64,000 nucleotides of DNA from Octopus vulgaris (Eukaryota). The notes beneath the pieces were generated by a model. The model saw only the letters and a program-made list of their open reading frames with translations. It was not told the DNA's origin and searched no databases. Both the position numbers and the translations under genes were made by a program. Location of the stretch: NCBI GenBank assembly GCA_951406725.2, contig OX597814.1, forward strand, positions 3,224,001 to 3,288,000. The letters run 5' to 3'. Shown one piece after another: positions 27,130 to 43,270 of the stretch (position 1 is its first letter; every line of letters starts with the position of its first letter).

Positions 27130-27164
<35 letters not shown>

Positions 27165-27474
27165 GCAGGTGTTAACACCATTGTCCTCTTCAGTGGCACC
27201 ATGCGGCGCTGTTGTCGTTTATCTCAGAGATTGCCCCGATGGTTGTAGTGGTGTTGGTCACGGTTAGCGAATATTAGAAGCTGTAGTATAACTAATCCTA
27301 ATAATAATAGAAATGGTGGTGGTGGTGTTGATGTCAGGTGAGGGGGAGGGTTGTGAGTGGATGTGACGACTGAATAAGTTATTATGTTTATCGATGACAA
27401 TTAACAACTAAGTTTGCTTTTTCTCCGTCTTTTTCCCACCCCCACCTCTTCCTTTCTGCTTCTATGTCTTTCTC

Positions 27475-27511
<37 letters not shown>

Positions 27512-27598
27512 GTATACATACAAACATATATATATATATATATACATATATATGCATGCATACATACATACATATATATATATATACATATACATACA

Positions 27599-27642
<44 letters not shown>

Positions 27643-27699
27643 TATACACATATAGATATATGTACAAACGCATATATATGTATACATGAACATACATAC

Positions 27700-27752
<53 letters not shown>

Positions 27753-27863
27753 CGTATATATATATATATGCATGTATATATAGAGATATATATTTATATC
27801 AAGATATACACTCACACACAAATATATATATATAAAGGGAAAAAAAGAAAGAGAGAGAGTGAC

Positions 27864-27920
<57 letters not shown>

Positions 27921-28546
27921 CTCTTCCACCAAATCCTCTCCTCTTCTTCCTTATAACCTCCTACATTCTTCACCACCGAATCTCCCAGTCCTGTCTCTCT
28001 GCTCACTCTCATATATCCCCTTCTCTCTTCCCTATTATCCATGATTCCCTTACGCACTCCCCCCTCTCTCTCTCTCTCTTTCCCCTTCTCTCGCTCTCTT
28101 CACACTCATCTCCTATCCCATTTATAATAAATATTTAACCTCACAGTTTACTCACGATTTCAAGTAAAATATTTATCAATATCGTTTATCGATTCCGCAC
28201 CCACCCACACCCTTTGCCTTGCCCTCACCCCTCATACAACTTACAAACAACGGCTGCGGACTCCTACTACATCACTCTTAACATCGCTCCTCGCACGAAA
28301 AATGCAAACTCACGTATATGCACACTTTTATAAGCACACACTTATTCCTATATACGTATGCATAAAAAATATATATATATTATATATACATATAATATTA
28401 TATATATATTATATTATATAAACATAATTATTTTTACTGTTTACCTATATATATATATATATATATTTGTTATATACCCATATATATTATATAAATACAG
28501 ATACATATATTATATAAATACATATATATATATATGTTACATAAAT

Positions 28547-28609
<63 letters not shown>

Positions 28610-28948
28610 CATACACACATACAAGTATAAATGCGCAAATACGTAAAAATGTGTGTACGTGTGTCGTGTATGTGTAAATTTGTGTGTGTGTGTGTGTGTA
28701 TGTGTGTGTGCCAACTCCTACAGCCGACACACAGACATATTACCTTTGAGAGAAAGGTGAGAAGAAAAAGCGTTGGGTCTGTCCATAACGGGTGTGAAAA
28801 CCCTATACTCATAACACAACCCATTCTAAATAATGGCTGTGGCCCTTAATTTTTCGATTGTTTTTCTAGGGAGATTGCTGTGTGTTTGTGTGCTGTTGTT
28901 TTACAGTATTGATTTTAGCAAAATGGACGTCGTTGGGATCGCTCCTAA

Positions 28949-28994
<46 letters not shown>

Positions 28995-29402
28995 CATGCA
29001 CACATGGTGGCGTTATACATATAGCAAAATATATAAACACAAATGTATGAACGTGTATATAGATAGTATTTATATACACATAATAATTTTACATATGTAG
29101 ACATAAATACACTTATATCTGTAAATATCTCTGTATATACATATACCTACATATATACACATTATATATATATGTGTGCGTATCCATACACACACGTTAA
29201 TTATTTAGTCGTCTGATCCCCTTTTAAAGTCGTTGAAATAATTAAATGATAAAAAAAAAAAACTTTTCTTTCCCACTTCAGCATTTTACTTATTTTGTTT
29301 GTTGTTATTTATTTGTGTATATGTTTGTTATTTGGTATTTAATTTTATTTTGAAATTAGCTTTTTTTTTTTTATTATTTAGTTATTTTTTTTTGTTAATC
29401 AT

Positions 29403-29434
<32 letters not shown>

Positions 29435-29783
29435 GAAAGGAAGATTTGGTTGTTTTAACTAGATTATGTAGTTCACGTGTAAGCTGGTTGATTGTGTTGG
29501 AACGTAATAGGTTTGTTAGTAAGTAAAGAGAAATTGAATTGGTATGTGTGTGTGGAGGGGGAGGGGTGTCAGAGGGGGGAGGATTTAAGGAGCACGATGA
29601 GTGGGAGTGGGTGTAAAAGATGAGCGGTGGGGGTGAGGTGAGGTAGAGGAATGGAACGGAGTGAAAGCGTGTGTTTTGAAGAGGGAGTGAGTGAGTGAGA
29701 AAGTAAAGTGGAGTGAAGCTTTGAGATGAGACGAAGGGAGAAGAGAGAATTTATGAATGAGGGGATCATAAAATAGGTGTGAA

Positions 29784-29817
<34 letters not shown>

Positions 29818-30392
29818 AGCCGCTCATACAAAGTAAGTGTATATATATATGTGTGTGTGAAGTGTATGTGGATGTGATGTTTTGTTTCTAGATGGTGAAA
29901 AAAAATGTAAACCAGAATTGCAGACGACATACATACTACATCGCATTGCACACACCTCTAAAAGCAATATATAATTAACGGATTTATAAAGTACTTTCAT
30001 GTTTGCGTAGCAGAAAATAAACAAACACGCTACGTTAGTAAACATATATATAAATATATACATACATATATATATATATATATACATATATCTATACAGT
30101 TATATATATATATATATATGCAGTTATATAGATATGTATATATATAGTCAATCCAAACATGAACAAGCAAGCAAAAACAACAACACGAGGACGTGGTACA
30201 AGTACTGTGTTATTGGACGCTCATGAAACGAGAAAAGGGAAAGGGGATTTCACGTTTCGAGCGGAGCTCTTCAGCAGAAATATAGGAAAAGTCCAAAGAA
30301 AAGAAAACGGAGAAAGAAAATCGTCATAATATATATATATATATATTGAGAGAGAGAGACAGACATACATACAGACAGACAGACAGACAGAC

Positions 30393-30473
<81 letters not shown>

Positions 30474-31262
30474 TAGATAGATAAGATGGAGAGAGGGGAA
30501 GACGTCACTAAAGTGATAGAGGGTACAAAGTGGCACCGACATTGCTAGAAATAAATGTATGTTCGTCTTTTAATAGGAAGCTACCTGCCACTTAGCCACT
30601 CCTGATATATATGTATACAAATACTTACACACATACATACATACATACATATATACATACACATACACACATTTTTTTCTATGTCTCTCTCGCTTGGAAA
30701 GGAGAGAAGGTAGAGAGATTTCTGTGTTCATGGCGTTTGATGAGGCTAAAATACGTTCTCGCAGTTGTCCTTTTGGTTCTGGACTTTCTGACTCATCACT
30801 GTTCTTTAAGGTTTGGAGAATACTTGATTCTTGATATTATCTTTCTTCTTCGTTCTGAAGTCAATAAAAAATGGCACTAAGCGGTCGATCTACCCTTCCT
30901 GGGAACGAAGATGATTTCAAGAAATTAAGAATTTAGGTTGTATGTTATTTAGTATTGCCGTATTCGTTTTTGGTGTTCAAATATACACCATTGGCCTCCT
31001 AGGCTTATTTCTCTCAACTCTTTAGCATTCCATTCATATGTATATGTGTGATCGTAGAACTATATTACATATACACATATATATACATATACATAATAGT
31101 TATAGATATATATATATCTTAACACGCTTTTCCATCAACGCTTGTCTCTTCAAATCTCGTAGTCTTATAAGCTAAGGTTTTAGTTTTAAGCTGTATTATT
31201 CGGCATACGGTAGAGATTATAAGTAACTGCCACACTTTCTTATTATATAAATTAATGATATC

Positions 31263-31310
<48 letters not shown>

Positions 31311-32002
31311 ACACACACACACACACGCATATATACACACATCTCCAGAAAGGTTTTCTCAAATCAAAAATTATTATGGAAAACGTCTTTAAAAAAGAAC
31401 CAAAATGACACAAACCTTATGGAACGAAGTTTACACGCCGTGCGTGTGCGTGTATATATATATATATGTGTGTGTGTATACACAGATATATATATATATA
31501 TAAATATTTTTGTATGTGTATTATATATGTTTATACATGTGTTATTTGTATTGGCTACCATTCAGTGAAACCATACAGATGACTCACCAAAACAACTAGC
31601 TACCAACCAAGATAAAATAAATGAATTAAAAATTGGAATATTAATTCTATATATTTCTATTGGAAAAGAAACAAACTAGAGCAGAAACATGAAAAATAGA
31701 ATTAAAATGGCGTAGCTAAAATATGGCGAACTTGCATGAAATAGTTTAAATATTAATAGCATTAGTGAGGTCAGAAGCAGTCTTCCGGTGAAAAGGATCA
31801 CGGGAGCCCATCAATTACATGTTAATGGAGAAGGAAAAAAGAAAAAGAAATGAAAGGCGGACAAAAAAAAAATCAAGAGATAACTTAAAAGGATTCTTTC
31901 GTATTTTTTGAAATTTTTTTTTTCTCTTCGAATAAAATAATTTAAAGAATTTACAAGCAATAGAATAAAAATACTAATGCTAAAACTAGTTATAATGCTG
32001 CT

Positions 32003-32118
<116 letters not shown>

Positions 32119-32126
32119 TTATATTA

Positions 32127-32217
<91 letters not shown>

Positions 32218-32404
32218 ATGAATGAATAAATGGTGCTGAAGAATGTTTCTTGTTAAATCAATCAATGTTTTTTCGCATTTCTTGAGAATAATTCTCAACA
32301 TAATTATGGAACTGTACAAGACTATTCAAAGCTCTCGTTTCTGAAACCATGAAAATGGGTTGCAAAGATATGTGTATATACACATATAAATACATACAAT
32401 ATAT

Positions 32405-32467
<63 letters not shown>

Positions 32468-32690
32468 CATATATGTATGTATATATGCATGTATGTATAC
32501 AGATATATATATATATATGCACACATACATACATACATACATAGTTACATACATACATACATTCATACATACATATATTCACGCTGACAATACATGTGTG
32601 TACGCGTTTCAACCATTAGAAATGAAAGAAATTTAATTTGTTGAAATTAATGCTGCGTGATCATCACACACGTACTTGCAGTGTGTTTGA

Positions 32691-32731
<41 letters not shown>

Positions 32732-32760
32732 CATAAATACACATATATATGCAAACATAT

Positions 32761-32807
<47 letters not shown>

Positions 32808-32814
32808 TACATAC

Positions 32815-32847
<33 letters not shown>

Positions 32848-33466
32848 CCTACACACAGACACATTTACACTTTAGTTCGAAAATGAGAACTAAGTGTGTA
32901 TGTGCGATTGTATGTGTCTGCGTATATTACATATATATTATATGTATATTTTATATATATATATGTATGTATATATATTATATGTATATATTATATATAT
33001 ATATGTATGTATATATATTATATGTATATATTATATATATATATGTATGTATACACGCACACACAAACATACATGCATGATAAAACATGCATCTTCACAT
33101 GACTACTACACAAACAAATACACGCGCGCATACATACGTATACACATGTAATTCCTACATGCATTCGTACCTACACACATGTATGGATATGTACATGAAG
33201 CGAAGAACACAATAGTTTGCAACAGGAAGACATAAACACATTTTACCAATTCTCAAATCTCAAAAATGTTCACGTGGAACCAAAATATCGATCAGTTCGA
33301 TTATTCTTATTCTGGTTTCTTTTTTTTATATATATATTTTTTTTTTTCTTTTCTTAATAGTGTTTTATTAATCGTTGTTGTTGTAAAGTTGTCTTTTAGC
33401 TTTTATAATTGTTTAAAAATTTTATGTGTTTATTTTCAATATGTCTGGTCAAACTATACCACATAT

Positions 33467-33497
<31 letters not shown>

Positions 33498-33927
33498 GCA
33501 GCAGCAGCAGCAGCATCATTATCGACAAAACAATAATAAAGACAACAAAAAAAAAGATAAGAAAATAAAAATATATATAAAATAAAAACGATGGCAAATC
33601 TATTTTAGTTCAGCTTATCAATCAGTTAACATGTTCAGTGGGTGTGATGAATTATAGCCATTTAATACCGCCAAGGGCATAGGTTAACAGTCACCACACC
33701 GCCACTTTCAACGCCCCCTTCTCATTGACCTGTTCAACGCCAAACAGCAATAACAACAACAACAACAACAACAATAACCAGGTTTAATATTAATCGACAC
33801 TTCCTTCCTAACAGTGCTCTACTTGTTGTTGTTACTAGTGTTCTTTATTTTATTTTATTTTTTGCTATTAATTATAATATTAATAATAGTATTAATAACA
33901 GCAACAACAACAACAACAATAATAATA

Positions 33928-34022
<95 letters not shown>

Positions 34023-34488
34023 AAACTAACAATGATAATATCGGATCTAGGTTAGTTGAATAAGACATGTACATAATCGAAGATAAACTGTATCGAAGAG
34101 GAAGCCTATTGATTTCCTTAAATTCACAATTTCTCTCCAAAATAGATCAGTCAAAACTTCGTTTGTATGTGTGTGTGTGTGGTTTATATATTTTCATTTT
34201 CTATTTTCATTTTTTAAACTTTTATTTTCGTTTATTTTATATTTTTTTTACTATTTTTACTTTGTGTTGTCGCTTTTGTGTGCAGGGTTTAATATCTTTA
34301 TGCAATGGAAGTATCATCGTCCATTGAAGTCAGAAGTGACCACAGACAGAAAATGGTGCCATCGTCATTAGAAGAGGAGACAGACGGTGGCGGCGTTGTG
34401 ATGTAGAAGAAGAACAACCAGTTGGGATGTCGACACATGTTAACAACTATTATATATCTAAAAACACATTATTAACGTAGCGAATACA

Positions 34489-34533
<45 letters not shown>

Positions 34534-34678
34534 ATACACACAAATCAAACAAATACGTACGTATTAAGGAATGCAAGAGTCAAACGAAAGCTACTTCAAG
34601 TTTCATGCAGTAATCGGACGAGCGTATCGTGGACCGTATAGTGTACTCTACACGATTTACCAATCGTTCAGGCCCACG

Positions 34679-34709
<31 letters not shown>

Positions 34710-34813
34710 GTCTATACACATGCATATATATACATATCTATTTATATACATAGATATATACATATATATATATACACATACACATATATATATATATATA
34801 CACACATACACAT

Positions 34814-34874
<61 letters not shown>

Positions 34875-34893
34875 CACACACACATATATATAC

Positions 34894-34929
<36 letters not shown>

Positions 34930-34990
34930 GCATACACACAAGGCCATCTAGATTCACACGCATACACACATTTCTGTGTGTCTTCTACAC

Positions 34991-35306
34991 CAACGTTTCT
35001 CAACTGGATTCCTCACGAGGGGGCGGGGTGAGGAGTTAAAATTTAGGCGCAATAAATTGGCATTTCTTCTACAATACTGAAAACATTTTAACATTTTTTT
35101 GTTCCTAGTCTCTTTTTACTCTCTTTTACTTGTTTCAGTCATTTGACTGCGGCCATGCTGGAGCACCGCCTTTAATCGAGCAACTCGACCCCGGGACTTA
35201 TTCTTTTTGTAAGCCCAGTACTTATTCTATCGATCTCTTTTGCCAAACCGCTAAGTAACGGGGACATAAACATTGTCAAGCAATGCTAGGGGGACAAACA
35301 CACACA

Positions 35307-35367
<61 letters not shown>

Positions 35368-35708
35368 GACGGGCTTCTTTTCAGTTTCCGTCTACCAAAT
35401 CCACTCACAAGGCTTTGGTCAGCCCGAGGCTATAGTAGAAGACATTTGCCTAAGATGCCACGCAGTGGGACTGAACCCGGAACCATGTGGTTAGTAAACA
35501 AGCTACTTACCACACAGCCACTCCTGCGCCTATAGTAATATTTAATTATTAAAATATAAGAAGAATTTTTTAATATCGAATGGCTCTGAGTATCATTCGA
35601 AATTCTCTGTGTTCGGCCCCGCGGTGCTAATAAAGAGATCTATCCAGGAGCGTAATATAGGAGGCAAAGGGGCCCGTAAGTAAAAAAGAAAATGGTTGAG
35701 AACCACTG
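34991..35708. mobile_element. hAT-like MITE interrupted by a family A SINE
   Basis: TIRs CAACGTTTCTCAAC / GTTGAGAACCACTG; 8-bp flanks TTCTACAC / TCCTACAG match 6/8. Confidence 0.6.
35111..35532 (-). mobile_element. SINE family A (near full length), inserted inside a hAT-like MITE
   Basis: Colinear with 5223-5651. Confidence 0.85.
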
Positions 35709-35717
35709 TCCTACAGC

Positions 35718-35940
35718 TATTTTTTATTTCTTTATCACCCACAGGGGGCTTATCATACAGAGGACAAACAAGGGGATTAAGTCGATTAGATTGACCTCAG
35801 TACGTAACTGGTATTTAATTTATCGACCCCGAGAGGATGAAAGGCAAAGTTGACCTCGGTAGAATTTGAACTCAGAAAGTAACCACAGACGAAATACAGC
35901 TAAGCATTTCGTCCGGCGTGCTAACGATTCTGCCAGCTGG
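35718..35940 (-). mobile_element. SINE family B (tail type 1)
   Basis: Colinear with 18913-19145. Confidence 0.8.
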
Positions 35941-36523
35941 CTTCTAGTCCCCCCAGCAGGATATGAAAACCTCGTGAACAAATAGCCGACCTCTCTGCCC
36001 CGTTGTCAAGCACCCAGCCTATCTACGCAGCGATGTTGTTCGTATGGAGTTATTTTCTATGAAAATATTCCGACCAATCAGTGTTTAGATGTGACTTTGG
36101 AGAGATTTTGATGTTAGTGTAGTGGGATGTGGCGCTTCAACCGTAGCAATTAACCAACATCACTGACACCACTCCGCCCTGCACCAATATTTCCACGGTC
36201 ATCAGAAACTCCGACTGACGTCACACGTACCACCGCTGGCGCCACCAGCACCACCACAACCGCCGCCATCAATTGTAGCACCACCACCACCACCACCAAC
36301 AACAACAACAGTATCACTAGCACCACAACCACCAACATCACTCCATTATCCTCTTCCCCCTCCCCTCTACTCCAACACCACCACCGTTTCTACAATCACA
36401 GACCACCCGCCCGGCCGCCCCCTCCACCAGCTTTCACAAACCATTGATTCCGCTGATTAAGATCTCATTCATTTGATGATTGTTAAACAACAACAACAAT
36501 AATAATGATAATAATTGTCGTTG

Positions 36524-36572
<49 letters not shown>

Positions 36573-37261
36573 CGACTGAACATCTAAAACAGAGAAGAGA
36601 GAGACAGACGAACCATTTTTCAATCATAGATGTTCGTACGGTGCAACATTAGTTTTGTTCTCTCCCCTCCATTTCCATACCCACCGCCATCTCCCCCCCC
36701 ATCACCAAAACCATCTGGACACACCCCACCCTCCCTACAGCACCCCCACATCATTCTCACCCCCATCCCCCACTCCACCCCCGCTTCATCATCAGAAGAA
36801 GAAAGCAACATCTATCAGATGCAATGTTCAATGAAGCGTGGAGATGATTCTCATTTCTCAGAATTCTCTCTCGTTCTTCAAAGTCGTTTTGGTTTTCTTC
36901 TGACTTTTTTTTTTTGTAGTTCTGGGTTTATTTTGAACAGCAGCACCCCACCACCACCACCACCACCACCAACCCATCCACACACCGCGTCCCGCTGTCC
37001 CCGCTCCCCTCTCAGTCCTGCTCCCACCCACCCCCCCTCCTCCCCGAGCACCCTTCTCTCGTCATCTACCGATTTAACTTTCTACTGTTATTTTTTTTTA
37101 TCAAATATTTCTTGATTGACCTGTGTGGTGGTGGTGGTGGTGGGAGGATGTGTGCATGAGTGAGAGTGTATATTTATGTGTGCGGAGAACTGTATAACAA
37201 TGTGTGTATGTGTATATATATATATATACACACACAAAAAAATTTTTTTTATACTTGTATG

Positions 37262-37314
<53 letters not shown>

Positions 37315-37449
37315 CTGATATATATATATATATATTTATTATATTCATATTATACATATATTGTATGTATATATTATACATATTATATATGTATATATAT
37401 ATATACACACATATATATATACATATATATATACATAGTATGTATATAT

Positions 37450-37492
<43 letters not shown>

Positions 37493-37964
37493 TACATATA
37501 TATACATATATATATATATATATGCGTTCTTGTCCCATTTTTTGTATTCTTTTTTATATACATACATATGTATATATACATATATAGTTTATATATATAT
37601 ACACACACATATAGATAGATAGATATGCACAAACAGACACACACACACACACTTATGCAAATAGTTTGTTTTCACTCTTATATTAAGAATCTATATTTTA
37701 TTTGTTGCAATTTTTAAATTTTTTTTCCATTTAATTCAAGATAAGATATTTTCAGATTTTAAATATTTGTCCCCTTTCCTCCACCCACCTCTCTCACTCC
37801 CTCTCCTCTCTCTTACTCATTGTCCCTTATTCTCTTTGTCCCAATCTAATTACCCCTCCTCTCCCATTTTGACCATGTATTTTTGCCTCTCTCTCTCTCT
37901 CTCTCTGGTTTCCCCTCTGTATGTTACTACTCTTTCTAAACCTCTAATTTTTGGGTTTCATCAC

Positions 37965-38012
<48 letters not shown>

Positions 38013-38450
38013 TCTATCTTTTACCAATTTTCATCATCAGTTTGTATGTATCAGCTTTTCTCTTCTTCTTTCTCACTTTTTCTCTGTCTACCATTTTTTA
38101 TCCTACGTCAATAAAAGCATCTTTTCCCTACAGTTACATTTCGCCTCTACCACCTCCTACTCCTCCTCCTCCTCCTCCTCATCCTCCACATCATCATCAT
38201 TATAATCATCATAGCCATCCTTCTCTTTCTCTTCATTATCATCATCGCCATCCTTATTAATCATTAGCGTTCCCACCACCACCATCATCGTCATCGTCAT
38301 AATGCTCACCGGTCAAATTCAAGATGTCTGATGTCAACGTCTATGTACGTGTATGTGCATATAACGCGCGTGTGTGTATGTGTGTGTGTGTGTGTGTGTG
38401 TACGGGTGTTTTAAAGTGTGTATGTGTAAATGCCTACATGTGTGTGTCTG

Positions 38451-38483
<33 letters not shown>

Positions 38484-38562
38484 AATGTCAAAATCTGTAT
38501 GTGTGCATGTAATTTATATATATATACATGCGTGCGTGTGCATGTGTGTGTGTGTGTGTGTG

Positions 38563-38593
<31 letters not shown>

Positions 38594-38957
38594 AATGAAG
38601 CAGGTTTTTATATGTTACGCTCCATCAAACAGATGCCAAAGTTAATCAAGAGAAGAGATGTTCCTTGTCAAATTGCACCTCCACTGCCTCGAACTACCAT
38701 GGACGACTACAAGCAACTCTTTCTTGCCACAATAAAGCACTGTACTTTTGCTCTGCATTGTGTGTCTACAGTTCTACACTGCTTTGTGACACTTATTGCC
38801 AACCATACTTCTGTCTCCTAATATCAATAAGTGACCCGTTTTGCCATTCATACTTTTTCTACAGATTTGCTGTAGAATTTCTGGATCAGTTTTGTAACGT
38901 TCTTGAATCTTGTGACCAAAATAGGATTGGAAGAGAAGAGATTCGATAATAAATATG

Positions 38958-39127
38958 GGTTTCAAACTTCGACACAAGACCAACAACAGGTACTTATTTA
39001 ATCGACCCCGCAAGGATGAAAAGCAAAGTCACCCTCGGCGGAATTTGAATTCAACCCCTTAAGACAGACGAAATGCTGCTAAGCATTTTGTTCGACGCAG
39101 TAACGATTCTGCCAACGCGCCGCCTTC
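38958..39127 (-). mobile_element. SINE family B (tail type 2, internal deletion)
   Basis: GGTACTTATTTAATCGACCCC...CTCGGCGGAATTTGAA...CGCCGCCTT. Confidence 0.75.
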
Positions 39128-39413
39128 ATTTAAGAACCAATATTAAGAAGGCAATGAGTAAACTCTGTGTGGTTCATTGATCTGAAAGAAAAAGCAGCCA
39201 AAATAGTCTCTGGCATTATTTTAAGACGGTGGGGGGGGTGACATGAGGGAGACGTGGTTACTATTTTTGCAGGTAAAACGCTCACTTCAAGAGTTATTGT
39301 CTCACTTTCACATATGTTGGCCAAAAACGTGCGGTTGTTGCTTTCACCCCAGATCAGTCCACTAAACCTTATCAAAGCCTTCTGACCATGACCATCGCAC
39401 CTCTCAGACAATA

Positions 39414-39836
<423 letters not shown>

Positions 39837-40382
39837 TTCAAATTCCACCAAGGGCGACTTTGCTTTTCATCCTTGCGGGGTCGGTTAAATAAGTACCACT
39901 CAGACAGACAAACAGACAGATAGATAGAGAGAGAGAGAGAGAGGGGGGAGCGAGAGAGAAAGAGAGAGATGAGATAGACAGATAGATAGACTACATACTT
40001 CAATATGCCCATACATTTTTCAGAATGCTTGAGGCGATACGGTTATATATTTTACTACTATTTTTAGCATGGAGAGCGACCAGAAAGAGGCATCGTCGTC
40101 GCCCGATCGCTTCTAAATAAACAGGTGTTGTCATGTAAGCGGAACTTCACACCCACCATTAACGATTGTGTAAAGTAATTGTCGCGCGGGAAGACGGAAA
40201 TGTGCAGACGAAGGATAGGAAAATAAGAAGAAGAGGAGACCGCATCAAAGACAGAAGTGAGTTTCACTTCGCCATCTTTGCAGTGTTTCTAACAAATGGT
40301 CGAAAGTCAACTGGTGCAGTAGCTCGACTTGTAGCCGTAGGTTACGATATGTGTTACTGATAGGTGGATATAGAGGGGTAGC

Positions 40383-40800
40383 AAGAGAGAGAGAGAGAAA
40401 CAAACAAGGAGGGAGAGAGAAAGAGAGAGAGAGAGAGAGAAACAAGGATGGCGAGAAAGAAAGAGAGAAAGACAGAGAGAGAGAGAGAAACAAACAAGGA
40501 GGGAGAGAGAAACAGAGAGAAAGAAAGAGAGAAAGACACAGAGAGAGAGAGAAACAAACAAGGAGGGAGAGAGAAAGAGAGAGAGAGGAGAAAGAGAGAG
40601 AGAAACAAGGAAGGAGAGAGAAACAGAGAGAAAGAAAGAGAGAAAGACAGAGAGAGAGACAGAGAGAGAGAAACAAACAAGGAGGGAGAAAGAAAGAGAG
40701 AGAGAAACAGAGAGAAAGAAAGAGAGAAACAGAGAGAAAGACAGCGAGAAAGAGAGAGAGGAGATAGACAGATAGATAGTGAGACAGACAGACAGACAGG

Positions 40801-40876
<76 letters not shown>

Positions 40877-40917
40877 AGATAGATAGATAGACAGATAGAT
40901 AGAAAGATAGATAGATA

Positions 40918-40960
<43 letters not shown>

Positions 40961-40961
40961 C

Positions 40962-40994
<33 letters not shown>
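40383..40994. repeat. GA-rich cryptic minisatellite followed by (AGAT)n
   Basis: Recurrent GAGAGAAACAAACAAGGAGGGAGAGAGAAA units, then AGAC/AGAT repeats. Confidence 0.85.
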
Positions 40995-42315
40995 TGTTTC
41001 TTTATTAGCCACACAGGGCTGCACACAGATAGAACAAGTTACAAGGTAGAGCTTTTTCTTTTGAAGGTTTAAGAAAGAAAAAAAAAAAAAAAAAGGAAGG
41101 GGGAGTTTCGATCAAAAGGGATCGTAAAAGGAGAGAAAGAGGACAAAAAAAGGGGGGAGGAAAAAAATTGATCAATAGGGATCGTTATCACAGAAATGTC
41201 AATATGAAGTGTAAAGGGGAGGACAGGTGAGGTTTACCCGTGCAAAGAAAAGCCTACGGAAAAGACCACGGTAACCTCGGTCAATGATGTCACATTTTAT
41301 ATTTCTTTTTTTTTTTTTTTTGCAAATAAGCAACTCTCTGTTTTCGATTTCTGGGTTCATAGGACTATGCTCAAGGTGGCTTCGTCATTCATACGTGCCA
41401 TTCTTGCTACATTCACCCATCTTTTTTAAAACATTCGCTAGACAAAACTTGCCTCTCTACTCTCACTTTCCTTTTCAAGTGGTACTTGAAGAAGTTGATG
41501 AGAGATTGACCAGAGAGGAAAGTGTTTGTCTCCAATCCTTTCAGACGCGTCCACCAGATACATTCTTTCGCCATAGCCACAAGGATGATGAAAATAGCTC
41601 TTCCTTCCCGTTTGAAGGAAGGAGGCGTGACAATATTGACGATAGACTCAGCTGATAAACCGACTCGTCCCACACGTGACAGCAGTTGTTCGACATAAGC
41701 CCACAGGTCGGAAATTGTTGGACACTGAACGAGTGCGTGCAGAACGGTTTCGTCGCTCTGACCGCATCTCGGGCAGGTCGGCCCCGTGTTTCTCGAGCCG
41801 TGTCTGTAGAGCTTATCCCGAACGGGTAGCGCTTCTCGGTAGCACTGCCAGGCCAGGGATCTCTGGAAGTTGTCCATGGGCCCTGGCCCGAAAGTCGTCC
41901 TGAACAGGCGGGTCAGGTACTCCTCGTCGACGTCCAGGTTCGCCCCGAGCTCGTCGTCGTACCTCCCCTCCACTAAACCCCTATAGAATGCTTTGGTTGT
42001 GTTGAAGTCACTTAAGGTCGACCCAGGACGGCAGAGTTGCTTGAGAGCAACGCGACACTCGCGGTGCCATTCGCCCTTCCTCGGCCTCTTTTTGATCCAC
42101 GACTGCAGTTCGGTCATGGAGACGAGCTGCGGGAAAGCGTGCCTCACAAACGGCGACCACACCTGTTCACCGTCGTCTACATAGAGCCAGAGATGCCGCA
42201 GTCTCAGCGCGTGTCTGCGCATCATCAACCACGGCATGCCCAGCCCTCCTTTTAACGAGTGTTGACAGCAAATGGATCGCCTGACCATCGGGACGCATCC
42301 TTTCCACAAGAAGCG

Positions 42316-42316
<1 letters not shown>
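40995..42316 (-). mobile_element. 5'-truncated L1/Tx1-clade non-LTR retrotransposon inserted in a (GATA)n microsatellite
   Basis: GC-rich segment with the ORF2 C-terminus, then a 3' UTR with T-rich tracts ending AATAAAGAAACA-(TATC)n. (AGAT)n lies on both sides. Confidence 0.85.
41413..42309 (-). pseudogene. LINE ORF2 C-terminal fragment (post-RT region and zf-RVT-type zinc knuckle)
   Basis: 298-codon open frame with LWKG...KGGLGMP, LPVRDKL and CPRCGQSDETVLHALVQC (C-X2-C-X9-H-X4-C), plus IWWTR, motifs typical of L1/Tx1 ORF2. No RT core or endonuclease because of the 5' truncation. Confidence 0.85.
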
Positions 42317-42413
<97 letters not shown>

Positions 42414-42833
42414 GAGATTATTTGTGGATATCATAAACACCAAACATTAAGAATAATATGCATCGACATTCACGTGTTTGTGTGTTTGTGTGTGTTTGTG
42501 TGTATGCGTAATGGGATATTTATAGAGTCATACTTTGTAACCCTTGTACTAAGCACTGCATTTTCTTTTGTAAAACTCCCAAATGCTCAATACCGACTCA
42601 AGACCTCGTAGAAAGTTACATATATACTTAACGCCGGTTGTTATTTCCGTAATGTGGGTTCTCACATGAATGCAAGAATCCAGACATTGGCTGTCATTCT
42701 TAAAGTATAGAATGCCGAATTTTTGAACAAATTCAGTCAACCCACCGGATCAGGCCTACAATTTGAAAATTTCTCCAAACCAGGCTTAATTTTAATTTTT
42801 TATCTCATGTATTTATTTAATTATGATGGCAGT

Positions 42834-43056
42834 AAGGCGGAGTGGTGGCACAAACGTTAGCACGCCGGGCGAAATGCTTAGCGGTATTTCGTCCGTCTTT
42901 ACGTTCTGAGTTCAAATTAAACCGAGGTCAACTTTGCCTTTCATTCTTTCGGGGTCGATAAATTAATTACCAGTTGCATACTGGGGTCGATCTAATCGAC
43001 TGCCCCCCCCCCTCTCCCAAAAAATTTCGGGCCTTGTGCCTGGAGTAGGAAAGAAT
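42834..43056 (+). mobile_element. SINE family B (tail type 2), about 50 bp from the GATA exon donor site
   Basis: Colinear with 23288-23506. Confidence 0.85.
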
Positions 43057-43096
43057 TATGACAGCAGTAAGAAAGTTGAAATACAATGTAAAATTA

Positions 43097-43270
<174 letters not shown>

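Noticed and set aside
33635-33710. Imperfect hairpin with a GTGATGA C-box (snoRNA or miRNA candidate)
   Set aside because: No D box at a suitable distance, a large loop, and no miRNA I recognise.
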